Source: Planctomycetaceae bacterium (GTDB lineage: Bacteria; Planctomycetota; Planctomycetia; Pirellulales; UBA1268). Taken from it: DNA of 64,000 nt. The position numbers were made by a program, and so were the translations under genes. Below are positions 9,184 through 19,355 of the stretch, in pieces (position 1 is the first letter of the stretch; every line of letters starts with the position of its first letter). Below the pieces are notes generated by a model. That model saw nothing but the letters and a program-made list of their open reading frames with translations. It was not told the DNA's origin and did no database searches. The stretch lies in the NCBI GenBank assembly GCA_947449135.1, contig CANFQO010000008.1, positions 2,129-66,128 on the forward strand, given 5' to 3'.

Positions 9184-10038
9184 TCAGCCTGGGCCGTCGT
9201 CGTCATCACCCGAAAGCAGGAGGGCACGCGGCAGGGTAGAGTCGATGACCCGGCTGATCGCGATCACGAAGCCGATCGCCCCATCCCGCCAGCCGCTCCG
9301 CAGGATGTAGCTTTTCACGAACGCCGCCAGGCCGCGGAACGGGAGCGTCCAGACGGGCGCATGTTCTCCCTTCGATCGCAGGATGCCGGCCTTGAGCGGC
9401 GCATAGCGGAGCGACCGCTCCAGCACATCGCGGCAGTTGGCGAAGCTGTAGTGCAGGATCGAGCCGGCAAGCATCCGCGGCGGATGCCTTGATTCCACTT
9501 CCTCGTGGATGGCAATCGCTTTGAACCCTGCCGTCGTGCGATTGAACAAACGGAGCACGCGTTCTTTCCGCCAGGCACCATAACGGACCTCCCACCGGCC
9601 CACGAAGGTGCGACGGTGGATCGCCCAGCAGGCGGCGGGATTCGAAAGATCGAGGCGTTGGCAGGCTGCCTGCGCCTCGCCATCGAGCACTTCGTCGGCG
9701 TCGACCGAAAGAATCCAGTCGTGGGCTGCCAGATCAACGGCACGCCGTTTCTGCGGGCCGTATCCGAGAAAGGGTTGGTGCTCGACGCGAGCACCAGCTT
9801 CGCGGGCCAGTGCCACCGTTTCGTCGGTCGAGCCGGAATCGAGCACGAGTCTTTCATCGCACATCTCGACCGCCCGCAGCACCTCGCCGATCCGGGCCGC
9901 GGCATTCCGCGTGATGATCACCGCCGAGATCGGCAGGCGATCCTTTCCATCGATGACTGCCGTCGCACCGGCCACGCTCGCCCCGGTTGCAATGGGGCCG
10001 CTGGCGGGCGGGTGAGGGGCGGACGGAACGGCCATCAT
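9184..10038 (-). CDS. Family 2 glycosyltransferase
   Basis: ISAVIITRNAA...LDSGSTDETV...SVDADE (GT2 DxD region). ATGA start/stop overlap with the upstream kinase gene. Confidence 0.85.
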   Translation of the reverse strand: MMAVPSAPHPPASGPIATGASVAGATAVIDGKDRLPISAVIITRNAAARIGEVLRAVEMCDERLVLDSGSTDETVALAREAGARVEHQPFLGYGPQKRRAVDLAAHDWILSVDADEVLDGEAQAACQRLDLSNPAACWAIHRRTFVGRWEVRYGAWRKERVLRLFNRTTAGFKAIAIHEEVESRHPPRMLAGSILHYSFANCRDVLERSLRYAPLKAGILRSKGEHAPVWTLPFRGLAAFVKSYILRSGWRDGAIGFVIAISRVIDSTLPRALLLSGDDDDGPG

Positions 10039-11729
10039 GGTCTGGTGATGTTGTTTTCGGGATCAGACACGGTCTGCCCACCATCTCCAGTTCGCAGCGG
10101 GAATTCCAGGACGAAGGTGCTCCCTTCGCCCGGCACGCTGGTCACGCGGATGTCGCCGCCGTGCTCACGGAGAATCTTTCGGCTGACGGTCAGCCCAAGT
10201 CCGGTGCCACGAGCTCCCTTCGTCGACACGAACAGGTTGAATATCTCGGCGATGGTTTCCGGTGTCATGCCCTCGCCGTTGTCGTTGACGGTCACGCTGA
10301 CGCGTTGGGCGACCGTGTCGCAGACGACCTGGATCGTCACCGCCGCGTTAGGTCGGTCCTCGACTGCGTCGAGCGCGTTGGTCACAACGTTGAGGATCGC
10401 CCGCGACAGCGCTTCCGGGTCGAACAACAACTGCGGGATGTCGTCTGGTGGGTTCCACGCGATCGTCGCTCCGATCTCAGCCGCCCGCTGCTGCACGGTT
10501 TCCACGATGTCGGCGACCAGTGCCACCAGGTCGGAAGGAACGGGATCGGGCTCCCGTTCCTTGCTGAACGAGAGCATGTCCATCACAAGTGAGGAGATCT
10601 TGTTTTGATTGCGGTTGACGATGTCCCAGCCCTTACGGACCACGGCGAGGTCTTCGTTTTCGAGCCCCATGTCGACGAGGTAGCTGCCGCCCCGGATGCC
10701 CTGCAGGATGTTCTTGATGTGGTGTGAGAGGGTGGCGATCGTCTGGCCGACGGCGGCCAGTCGCTCCGACTGCACCATCGCGGAGTAGTAGGTGGTGTCC
10801 TCGACGGCCAGCGCAGCCTGGTGACCGATGGCGATCAGGAGTTTGAGATGCTCATCGGTGAACTGCCGCTGCCCCCCCTCAATCGCGTCGCCCAGCGGCA
10901 CCGTGGTGTCGACATAGATCACACCCACCGTGCCATAGCGGCCTTGCATCGGCACGCAGATCGCCTCCCGAACGCCGGTCCGCACGACGCTGTGTCCGCC
11001 GCTGAAGCGGTCGTCGTCTTGGGCATCGCTCGTGATCACTCCCTCGCCACGGTCGAGCACATAGTCGAGGATCGTGCGGCTGATGGCCATCGACGTCGCT
11101 TGTCCCATGCGGCGGTCGCGACGGGCCTTCGTGCGAAGCTGCTTGGACTCCGGGTCGAGCAGCATGATGCAGCCGCGGTCGGCCTCGATCCACTCGAACA
11201 CCAGGTGCAGGATTCGGCCGAGGAGTTCGTCGATGTCGAGCGTGTGACTGACGGCGAGCGACGTGCGATACATCACCTGCAGGTTGCTGCGGGCCCGTGC
11301 CAGCCAGCGATTCTGTGTGTCGTCGGGGAGTTGGTCGCCGCCTTCGGCATCGCGGGCCGTCCTCACGATCCGCGAGCCTTCGCCGGCATTGGCTGCCGGC
11401 ACGATGTCGACCTGGTTCACCGCGGGCACATCCTCGCCGTCCCGAGAGTAGACAAGAATCGTGCGGCCCACCTGGATCTGATCGCCGCTGGCAAGCTCTG
11501 CCCGCTCGATCTTGCGGCTGTTGAGCCAGGTGCCGTTCGAGCTTTTCAGGTCGCCCACGACGAACGAATCGCCCACCCGGCGAACCTCGGCATGCCGTCT
11601 GGAGACCTCGTTGTCGTCCAGTTGGACGAAGTTGCCCGCCTCCCGGCCGATGCTCATGGCCCCTTCGTGGCTCGTGAGGTCGTAGCGGGTGCCGCGATTG
11701 CGGCCCTGGATCACGAAGAGGGAAGGCAC
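10035..11729 (-). CDS. FHA-GAF sensor histidine kinase
   Basis: N-terminal FHA (GREAGNFVQLDDNEVSRRHAEV...SSNGTWLN), a GAF region, H-box ATLSHHIKNIL, and HATPase_c N/G boxes (NVVTNALDAV, GTGLGL). Confidence 0.88.
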   Translation of the reverse strand: MPSLFVIQGRNRGTRYDLTSHEGAMSIGREAGNFVQLDDNEVSRRHAEVRRVGDSFVVGDLKSSNGTWLNSRKIERAELASGDQIQVGRTILVYSRDGEDVPAVNQVDIVPAANAGEGSRIVRTARDAEGGDQLPDDTQNRWLARARSNLQVMYRTSLAVSHTLDIDELLGRILHLVFEWIEADRGCIMLLDPESKQLRTKARRDRRMGQATSMAISRTILDYVLDRGEGVITSDAQDDDRFSGGHSVVRTGVREAICVPMQGRYGTVGVIYVDTTVPLGDAIEGGQRQFTDEHLKLLIAIGHQAALAVEDTTYYSAMVQSERLAAVGQTIATLSHHIKNILQGIRGGSYLVDMGLENEDLAVVRKGWDIVNRNQNKISSLVMDMLSFSKEREPDPVPSDLVALVADIVETVQQRAAEIGATIAWNPPDDIPQLLFDPEALSRAILNVVTNALDAVEDRPNAAVTIQVVCDTVAQRVSVTVNDNGEGMTPETIAEIFNLFVSTKGARGTGLGLTVSRKILREHGGDIRVTSVPGEGSTFVLEFPLRTGDGGQTVSDPENNITRP

Positions 11730-11830
11730 GGAGAGGCTCCACGAGGTCTGAATCCGCGTTCAATCCTACCCGCTGCGCCGCCTGTCACGGGAGATCGCTA
11801 AAATGCCAGGAAGGCTGCCTGCGGGCCGAT

Positions 11831-13858
11831 ATGCCGCTCACGAACTCCTCACGAATCACCCAGGGCCCCCTTATGAATCGTTTCATGCCCATGATGTTCG
11901 GGCTCTTGTGCCTCTTTGCCACCCTGGTTCGGCCAGAGACGACTGCGCAGGCTGAGTCGCCCGCTCAGTCGGCCTCGGGGGGAGCCGACGACGCCGCGGT
12001 TCGCGAGCGGCTGAGGCTGGCGGTCGAATGGCTGGCCGCTCCCGAACGGGAGGGGCGTGGTCCGGGCACGAAGGGCATCGACCAGGCTGCCGAATGGGTG
12101 GCAGAACAGTTGGCGGACATCGGCCTCGATACGGTCTCGGGCAGTCACGCTGTCGCCGGTCCATCCCCATCCGATGTCCGGAGCTCGTTTCAGCGTTTCG
12201 GCATGACGCTCGACGCGACGTTGGGGCCCGCGGCAGACAACACGGCCGAATTGGTGGGCCCGCCGGGAGAGAACGGCATGCCGCAGACGATTACGCTCGA
12301 GCTTGGGAAAGACTTTACACCGTTGGCCGCAGGTGGTTCGGGCAGATTCGATCTGCCGCTGGTATTTGCCGGATATGGCATCACGGCGCCAGCCGAACAC
12401 TACGACGACTATGCGCCGCTCACGGGCGCCGGGCCCGATTCAAACGATGGCGCTGACAGGCAGGGTTCGATCAAGGGTGCAGCGGCCGTCGTCTTGCGGC
12501 AGGAGCCGCAGAAGGATGACCCGCACAGCGTTTTTGACGGCAATCAGGCGTCGCAGCATGCGGCATTGGCCCGCAAGGTCGCCAACGCGTCGGAGCACGA
12601 GGCGGGCGGCATCGTCTTCTGCAACGACGCAGACGCCGACGGTGACACGTTGATGGCCTTCACCCGTGCCGGCGACGGTTCCGAGAACCGCACCATGCCG
12701 ATTCTTCAGATCCGTCGATCAATCGTCGACGACATCGTGAAAGCCTCACTCGGACGGAATCTCGACACCATTCAAAAAGGGATCGACGAGTCGCTCACGC
12801 CGCAGAGCAGCCCGCTTGCCGGATGGCGGATCAGCGGCCAGACGGCCATTCATCGCACCGAAGCTGAGGGGCGCAACGTGCTGGCGATTCTGCCTGGCGT
12901 GGGCTGGCCGCAGGACGGTGCGGTTGATGCTGCCGGGAAACAGTCGCCCGAAACGGTCGTGCTGGGCGCGCACTACGACCATCTCGGCTATGGCGGCGCG
13001 AATTCCGCAGCACCGGGCGAACATACCGTGCACCATGGTGCCGACGACAACGCCAGCGGCACCGCTCTGCTCGTCGAGGTGGCGAGGATCCTCAAGCAGG
13101 AGGGGCCATTTCCGCGGACGATCCTCTTTGTGGCCTTCTCAGGTGAGGAGCGGGGCCTGCTTGGCAGCGCCCACTATGCCGCCAATGCACTGGTGCCGCT
13201 TGCTGAAACCGTCGCGATGGTGAATCTCGACATGGTGGGCCGGCTTGACGCTAATAAGATCGTGGTGCACGGCACGGGCACGGGAACCGGCCTCGATGCG
13301 CTTGTGGACAGGTTCGTGGCTGCCCGCGGCTTCGAGGCCGCCAAGGAGCCGGGGGGCTTCGGGCCAAGCGACCATTCGAGCTTCTACGCACGAAAGATTC
13401 CCGTGCTGCATCTGTTCACCGGTTCGCATGCCGACTACCACCGGCCCACCGACACCGCCGACAAGATCAACTACGACGGCATGGTGAGAATCACGCGGCT
13501 GGTGACCGATATCGTCCGCGATCTGGCCACGACTCCCGACCGGCCCGCCTATGTCGAGGTGGCCTCGAAGCAGTTTGCCCGCGGCGGCGGCGACCGGCCA
13601 TATTTCGGCAGCATTCCCGATTTCGGCAAGCCGGGGAAAGGCTATGCGGTCACCGGTGCCACGAAGGATTCGCCCGCGGCTCAGGGCGGTATCACGGGGG
13701 GCGACGTGATCGTGCGGCTGGGAGAGAGTGCCGTCACGGGGCTTGAAGACTTCGACAGTGCGCTGCGGAAGCACAAGGGGGGGGATACGGTGCCCGTGGT
13801 GGTGCTGCGAGACGGCGCCGAGGTCACGTTGCAGGTCACGCTCGGCCCGCCGAAGTAG
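11831..13858 (+). CDS. Secreted M28-family aminopeptidase with a PA domain and a C-terminal PDZ domain
   Basis: GAHYDHLGYGG and HHGADDNASGTALLVE zinc-ligand motifs, SGEERGLLGS, and a C-terminal PDZ-like GGITGGDVIVRLG...VVVLRDG. A signal peptide follows MNRFMPMMFGLL. Confidence 0.85.
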   Translation: MPLTNSSRITQGPLMNRFMPMMFGLLCLFATLVRPETTAQAESPAQSASGGADDAAVRERLRLAVEWLAAPEREGRGPGTKGIDQAAEWVAEQLADIGLDTVSGSHAVAGPSPSDVRSSFQRFGMTLDATLGPAADNTAELVGPPGENGMPQTITLELGKDFTPLAAGGSGRFDLPLVFAGYGITAPAEHYDDYAPLTGAGPDSNDGADRQGSIKGAAAVVLRQEPQKDDPHSVFDGNQASQHAALARKVANASEHEAGGIVFCNDADADGDTLMAFTRAGDGSENRTMPILQIRRSIVDDIVKASLGRNLDTIQKGIDESLTPQSSPLAGWRISGQTAIHRTEAEGRNVLAILPGVGWPQDGAVDAAGKQSPETVVLGAHYDHLGYGGANSAAPGEHTVHHGADDNASGTALLVEVARILKQEGPFPRTILFVAFSGEERGLLGSAHYAANALVPLAETVAMVNLDMVGRLDANKIVVHGTGTGTGLDALVDRFVAARGFEAAKEPGGFGPSDHSSFYARKIPVLHLFTGSHADYHRPTDTADKINYDGMVRITRLVTDIVRDLATTPDRPAYVEVASKQFARGGGDRPYFGSIPDFGKPGKGYAVTGATKDSPAAQGGITGGDVIVRLGESAVTGLEDFDSALRKHKGGDTVPVVVLRDGAEVTLQVTLGPPK

Positions 13859-13890
13859 ATTTTTGGCCCAAATCTGGCCTTGAGTCAGGA

Positions 13891-13915
13891 GGGACGGATC
13901 GCCATCATCCGTCCC
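13891..13915 (+). terminator. GC-rich hairpin after the M28 gene (no U-tract)
   Basis: gggacggat / atccgtccc 9-bp stem with a 7-nt loop. Confidence 0.35.
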
Positions 13916-14001
13916 GCCCTCGGATCAAAGGCTGCCCACGAATCGTTTCGGCGGCGATCGGACAGCGCCGTGGGGCACGCGTGTGAAACAACCAGCAAGG
14001 A

Positions 14002-14673
14002 GTGCTTTCCGTGAACAGGCAAATCGCCAGTATCGTGTGTGCGGCCGTGGTGGCCCTGACGCAGGTTCCCGCTTTGGCCCAGGCACCCGTGGCAGTGCCG
14101 CAGGGGCAGCCGCAGCAGGTGCAGCCCGCATCACCGATGTCCCACATCGCCGTGATCGATGTCGGCTACATCTTCAAGAATCATGCCCGGTTCAAGGCTG
14201 CCATGGACAAGATGAAGGACGAGGTGATGGCTGCCGAGAACGCCCTCAAGGCTGATCGCGACCGCATCAACGGCCTGATGGAGCAACTCAAGGGCTTCAA
14301 CGTCGGCACTCCCGAGTACAAGAAGCTGGAAGCCGAGATCGCCAAGGGGCAGGGTGACTTCAACGTCAATGCGCAGCTCCAGAAGAAGGACTTCATGGAT
14401 CGCGAAGCGAAGGTCTACCTGCAGGTCTACACCGAGATCGAGAAGGCCGTCGGCCAGTTCGCCCGTGAGCATGGGATCGCCGTGGTGTTTCGGTTTGATG
14501 GCGACCCGGTCGACGGTGCTGACCGCAATCAGATTCTGCGTGGCATCACCAAGCCGATCGTGCACTACGAAGCCGGCAACGACATCACTCCTGACATCCT
14601 CAAGATGCTCAACGGTGCCGCTGTGGCCGATCAGTCTGGCCGTCCCGGTGCAGTGCCGGCGCGGACTCGCTAG
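14002..14673 (+). CDS. skp: OmpH/Skp-family periplasmic chaperone
   Basis: Signal peptide then IAVIDVGYIFKNHARFKAAMDKMKDE and a coiled-coil body. AAGGAG at 13996-14001 favours GTG 14011 as the true start. It precedes the lpx genes. Confidence 0.8.
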   Translation: MLSVNRQIASIVCAAVVALTQVPALAQAPVAVPQGQPQQVQPASPMSHIAVIDVGYIFKNHARFKAAMDKMKDEVMAAENALKADRDRINGLMEQLKGFNVGTPEYKKLEAEIAKGQGDFNVNAQLQKKDFMDREAKVYLQVYTEIEKAVGQFAREHGIAVVFRFDGDPVDGADRNQILRGITKPIVHYEAGNDITPDILKMLNGAAVADQSGRPGAVPARTR

Positions 14674-14732
14674 CTTTTTCCGGTCCGCCTCCCTTCCGGA
14701 GTCGCAGCGGGACGGCCGCTGCGGGTGTCCCC

Positions 14733-15602
14733 ATGCAATATGAGATGCGACTGCGGTCGCAACGCACGCTCCGGAAGCCGGTGTCCGTCACGGGTGTCGG
14801 CTACTGGAGCGGGCGGGAGAATCGAGTGGAACTTGAGCCTGCGGGCGTCGGTGTGGGCGTGGTGTTCGTGCGGGCTGATCTGGCGGACGCGGTGACGATT
14901 CCTGCCGTGGTGGAGCATCGGGTGGAGGCGTCGAGTCGGACGAACCTCTGCGTGGGTACGGCCCGCGTCGAAATGGTGGAGCACCTTCTCAGCGCGCTGG
15001 CCGGGCTCGACATCGACTGCTGTCGCGTGCGGGTGCACGGGGAGGAGATGCCGGGCCTCGACGGCTCGTCGCTTGCCTTCGTCGAGGCCATCGACGCAGC
15101 GGGGGTCGAGGAACTCCATGCTCCAATCGACCCGATCGTGGTCGACTCGGTGATACGCGTCGGCGACGACACTGCCTGGATCGAGGCTTCGCCGCCCCGG
15201 TGTGCCGGCCTTTCGGTTGACTATGAGCTGGACTACGGCGATGGTCCAATCGGCAGGCAGGTACTCTCGCTGCGAGTGACGTCGGAGGCCTATCGTGCCG
15301 GCCTTGCTGCGGCCCGCACGTTTCTGCCGGCGGAGGACGCCGAACGACTGCGGGCGGCGGGCCACGGACTGTCGGCCACCACCGGTGATCTGCTGATTTT
15401 CGGCCCCGATGGACCGATCGGCAACACGCTGCGTTGGCCCGACGAGTGCGTGCGTCACAAAGTTCTCGACCTGGTAGGCGACCTGTCGCTTGCCGGTCGG
15501 CCGATCCATGCTCACGTCCGTGCCTACCGCAGTGGACACCGCCTCAACGGCGCCCTCGCGAGCCGCCTGGCCGCCGCCCGGCTCGAGCCCACCTCCGCCT
15601 AA
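14733..15602 (+). CDS. lpxC: UDP-3-O-acyl-N-acetylglucosamine deacetylase
   Basis: VEHLLSAL and HKVLDLVGDL...YRSGHRLN LpxC signatures. Confidence 0.9.
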   Translation: MQYEMRLRSQRTLRKPVSVTGVGYWSGRENRVELEPAGVGVGVVFVRADLADAVTIPAVVEHRVEASSRTNLCVGTARVEMVEHLLSALAGLDIDCCRVRVHGEEMPGLDGSSLAFVEAIDAAGVEELHAPIDPIVVDSVIRVGDDTAWIEASPPRCAGLSVDYELDYGDGPIGRQVLSLRVTSEAYRAGLAAARTFLPAEDAERLRAAGHGLSATTGDLLIFGPDGPIGNTLRWPDECVRHKVLDLVGDLSLAGRPIHAHVRAYRSGHRLNGALASRLAAARLEPTSA

Positions 15603-15634
15603 AATCGGCACGGCCATCGAAGGACACCCACCGG

Positions 15635-16510
15635 ATGGATGATTTTCAAGCCACGGTGCCGATGCGGGACGACGTGACTCCCCGCGGAGGATTGCTCCGC
15701 GGGTTGCCGGCGTCGGTGCACCCATCTGCCGTGGTCGAGGTGGGCGCGCAGCTTGGCGAGGACGTGGTCGTCGGGCCATTTTGTTGGGTATCGTCCGGCG
15801 CGGTCATCGGCAAAGGCACCGTGCTCGAGAGCCATGTCACGATCATGGGTGATGTGCGGATCGGCGAGCAAAATCACCTGTTTTCCAGTGCCGTAATTGG
15901 CGGCGAGCCACAGGATGTGAGCTATCGCGGCACGCGGACACGCGTCGAAATCGGTGATCGCAATGTCATTCGGGAAGGGGTCACGATCAATCGCGGCACG
16001 GAAAAGGAAGACGGCCTGACCTCCCTAGGCCATGACAACTTCCTGATGGCGTGCAGCCATGTGGCGCACGACTGCCGCATTGGCGATCACTGCATGCTGG
16101 CCAATGGCACGCTGCTGGGCGGGCACGTTCGCGTGCATTCGCGGGCGTCGCTCTCTGGCGCGGTCGCCGTGCACCACTGGGCCACGATCGGCGGTTGGTC
16201 GTTCGTTGCGGGGCTTTCCCGGGTGCTGCATGACGTGCCGCCATTCATGCTCTGCGAGGGCCTGCCGGCACGGCCGCGGTGCATCAATGTGGTGGCGCTT
16301 AGGCGGGGAGGCTTCTCTCACGAATCGATTGCGGCTGTGACCGAGGCACACCGGCTCCTCTACCGGGCGAAGGTAGGGCTGGAGGCAGCCCGGGAAATTC
16401 TGCGATCCCAGTCCATGCTGCTTCCAGACGTTGAACAGTTGCTCGAGTTTTTGGCCATGCAAAAAGAAGGGCGACATGGACGCGCCCGTGAACAAAGGAG
16501 GGCGGCGTGA
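15635..16510 (+). CDS. lpxA: Acyl-ACP--UDP-N-acetylglucosamine O-acyltransferase
   Basis: Left-handed beta-helix hexapeptide repeats plus an LpxA-type helical C-terminus (RRGGFSHESIAAVTEAHRLLYR). ATG 15635 follows the lpxC stop. Confidence 0.88.
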   Translation: MDDFQATVPMRDDVTPRGGLLRGLPASVHPSAVVEVGAQLGEDVVVGPFCWVSSGAVIGKGTVLESHVTIMGDVRIGEQNHLFSSAVIGGEPQDVSYRGTRTRVEIGDRNVIREGVTINRGTEKEDGLTSLGHDNFLMACSHVAHDCRIGDHCMLANGTLLGGHVRVHSRASLSGAVAVHHWATIGGWSFVAGLSRVLHDVPPFMLCEGLPARPRCINVVALRRGGFSHESIAAVTEAHRLLYRAKVGLEAAREILRSQSMLLPDVEQLLEFLAMQKEGRHGRAREQRRAA

Positions 16511-17559
16511 CGCGAGTGAAGATGGCGGTGGTCGGTTGCGGACATCTCGGAACGATCCATGCGCGGCTGCTTGCTTCGCGTGCTGATGCCGAACTCGTGG
16601 CCGTCGTGGATCCCGTTTTCGAGTCACGACAGCGGGTCGCCGAGGCTCATGGCTGCGCGGCTCTCGCGGAGCCCATCGAGCTTGTCGGTCTGGCCGATGC
16701 CGTCGTGGTCGCGGCGCCCACCTGCCTGCATGCGCAGGTATCGCTGCCGTTGCTTTCCAAGGGGATTGATCTCCTGATCGAAAAGCCAATCGCGGCCGAT
16801 CTCCATGAGGCAGAGCAGATCGTCGCCGCGGCCGAGCGTCACGGTCGTGTTGTCGCCGTGGGTCATGTGGAACGGTTCAATCCCGCGTGGCGAATGGCCG
16901 TCGAGAAGTGCGGACGAATCCTGACCGTCGAGTCAGCGCGGCTGGCGCCGTTTACGTTTCGGTCGCTCGACGTGGGCGTCGTGCTCGACCTCATGATCCA
17001 CGACATCGATCTCGTGCTGTCGCTCAATCCAGGACAGCTCACGCGTGTCGAGGCGCATGGCCTGGTCGCCACAGGTGGTCACGAGGATGCGGTTCGGGCC
17101 CGGCTCGTCTTTTCGTCTGGCCTGGTTGCCGATCTCTCCGCCTCGCGGATTCACCCCGCGCTGAGCCGCCGCGTATCGCTGTGGGGCACCCAGGGGATCG
17201 TCGCAGCCGACTTCAACGCCAAGACGGTCGAGGTCGTGGGGCCATCTCCCATGGTCAGGAGCGGTGCCTTCGTCGCAACGGCCGTGCCTCCGGCCGATCG
17301 GACGGCCCTCAAGGAGCGGTTTTTCAGCGAGATCCTGCCACGTGAGACGCTCCCAGTCCCCGATGCCAATGCCATCGGCTGTGAACACGACGATTTCCTT
17401 GCAGCCGTGCGTTCCCGTCGCACGCCTCTCGTATCTGCCACCGCGGGCGCCGCGGCGCTCGGGGTCGCGATGCGGGTGCTTGAGGAACTGGCATGCACCC
17501 GACTCGGCGGCGAGTCGCCAGTTGGGGCGATTCCGCTGCCGTCCAGGCAGGCGGCTTGA
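16507..17559 (+). CDS. Gfo/Idh/MocA-family NAD(P)-dependent oxidoreductase, translationally coupled to lpxA
   Basis: Rossmann start KMAVVGCGHLGTIHA and EKP motif LLIEKPIA. GTGA overlap with the lpxA stop. Confidence 0.8.
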   Translation: MTRVKMAVVGCGHLGTIHARLLASRADAELVAVVDPVFESRQRVAEAHGCAALAEPIELVGLADAVVVAAPTCLHAQVSLPLLSKGIDLLIEKPIAADLHEAEQIVAAAERHGRVVAVGHVERFNPAWRMAVEKCGRILTVESARLAPFTFRSLDVGVVLDLMIHDIDLVLSLNPGQLTRVEAHGLVATGGHEDAVRARLVFSSGLVADLSASRIHPALSRRVSLWGTQGIVAADFNAKTVEVVGPSPMVRSGAFVATAVPPADRTALKERFFSEILPRETLPVPDANAIGCEHDDFLAAVRSRRTPLVSATAGAAALGVAMRVLEELACTRLGGESPVGAIPLPSRQAA

Positions 17560-17746
17560 TCCTGCAGGCGGGCAAGACCTCCGAGGCTTCCCAGTCGGCA
17601 TGACCGTCACGGGCTGCCGTGGTGCCATCCGAACGAGGCATGCTGGCGGCGCCGATGGGACCGCTTGCGCCGCCACGCGGAGCAGCCCCAAAGCTGCTCG
17701 TGCCATGCGCCGAAGAAATTCACTGGGGTGGTGGTGATACCACGTC

Positions 17747-18613
17747 ATGTTCGAGCTGCAGGGGGATCTCATGGAACTCTACGACCGCATCTCGCTGGTG
17801 GAGGACGACGTCCGACGTACCGTTCGCCAGACACGGTATCTGCCTGCCGCGAGTGTCGCGGTGGCGGCATTCGCGTTCATGCTGACGACCGTGGTCTGGC
17901 GGCTGGTTCACCAGACCACTGCGGTCGAGGCCGCCGTTCAGGAGAGCATCGCCACCATCAATCGCTTTGGCGCTGCCAACAGTGAAGAGCTGTCGCGGCT
18001 GCACGAGGAACTCGCCCAGCAGACAACTGCCGCCGCAGAGTTGGGCACGAGGCTGGCGAAGGTAGAGTCGACCGGGACGGCAGCCCTCGAACGCATCCAG
18101 TCCCTGGGGGCCGACATGGCCCGCCAGTGGGCTCTCTCAGACCAGGTACGGAACGAGTTGACGCGGGCCACAGCTGGCATCGCACAGACACGCCAGGAGA
18201 TTCTTGAGCGGCTCGCCGTGCATACGGAGCGAAATGCGGTGGCACGTGATGCGATGATCAGAGAGGTCAATGCGGCGATCACCCAGATGGAGCAGTCGCT
18301 GCTCGCCCAGGCGGAGGATTTCCAGAACCAGAAGCAGCAGTTCGACGCAGCTGCTGAACGCGACCGTGCCACCAGGCGGGTCATGCTTCACGAGGCAACT
18401 CAGGCGTTCACGGTGCAGGTGGAGGGGCTACGACAGATTCTTGACGGACTGCGGGTCGAGTCCGCGACGGTGGACGGTGGCCTGTCGTCCGATGAGGTGA
18501 AGTCGACAGCGGAGGTCTCCTCCGGATCTGGTGACGCCGGCGAAGAGGCAGAGCGCGATCGGGTTGGGGAACCGGCAACGGCAGCCCGGGATAAGGAGGT
18601 TGTGCTCGAGTAG
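17747..18613 (+). CDS. Hypothetical membrane-anchored coiled-coil protein
   Basis: One TM helix (AASVAVAAFAFMLTTVVW), then a long heptad-like Ala/Glu/Gln-rich region. No recognisable family. Confidence 0.5.
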   Translation: MFELQGDLMELYDRISLVEDDVRRTVRQTRYLPAASVAVAAFAFMLTTVVWRLVHQTTAVEAAVQESIATINRFGAANSEELSRLHEELAQQTTAAAELGTRLAKVESTGTAALERIQSLGADMARQWALSDQVRNELTRATAGIAQTRQEILERLAVHTERNAVARDAMIREVNAAITQMEQSLLAQAEDFQNQKQQFDAAAERDRATRRVMLHEATQAFTVQVEGLRQILDGLRVESATVDGGLSSDEVKSTAEVSSGSGDAGEEAERDRVGEPATAARDKEVVLE

Positions 18614-18707
18614 TCCTGCGTCCCTATTTCTCTGCTGACCGAGCGGCCCGCGGCTGCCGATACACGGAAGCCGGGCGGATGGTCGCCCAGTATCGGAGGT
18701 CGGAAGC

Positions 18708-19355
18708 ATGAAGCGAAACATACTCATCCTCCTGGCGTGGGCGATGGTATGGCAGGGAATTGCCGGTGCGTCACCGCTGGCGACACAAAACAACCCCACT
18801 TCCCCCGTCGTGTTCGACGGACTTGGTCTCGAACACTTCAAAGGCGTCGATTCGATCGCCTCCGCTCTGAAGGGGATCGAAGCGGATTCGGGCTCGTCTG
18901 AACAGCCGCTCGGCGTGCCCGTGGATGTGCTCGTGAGGGGGCCTTCCGGGAGGAGCACCGGCAGCGATTCATTGGCTGCCGAGATGAAGAGCCGCATCGA
19001 GGGGATCGACCTCGTGGCAGGGATGCAGGCAGACCCGGCCGCCATTGAGGAGGGGCCGGCGAAGTGGCTGGGCGGCCTCGGTGTCTCGAGCGATCACAAC
19101 CGCGGCCGTGAGATGCTGGAGCTGAAAACCTCGCTGGGGCGGAGCCAGCAGGCGGGCATCCTCGGCGTGGAGGTGGGGCCGCGGATCGAGCGACGTCTCC
19201 GCGGCGGCACGGTCTTCTTTCTCGATGGCAAGGCTCAGGCGCAGGCCCGACGGTCGGTCGAGACTGGCGCCTGGATGATGCCGAGACTGGCCGATCAGGG
19301 GCAGGGGGCCGCGGGAATGGTGGGGGTGGCCGCGAGCACCGGCCTCGTTCGTTAG
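18708..19355 (+). CDS. Hypothetical secreted protein
   Basis: GGAGG Shine-Dalgarno upstream and signal peptide MKRNILILLAWAMVWQGIAGA. Confidence 0.5.
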   Translation: MKRNILILLAWAMVWQGIAGASPLATQNNPTSPVVFDGLGLEHFKGVDSIASALKGIEADSGSSEQPLGVPVDVLVRGPSGRSTGSDSLAAEMKSRIEGIDLVAGMQADPAAIEEGPAKWLGGLGVSSDHNRGREMLELKTSLGRSQQAGILGVEVGPRIERRLRGGTVFFLDGKAQAQARRSVETGAWMMPRLADQGQGAAGMVGVAASTGLVR

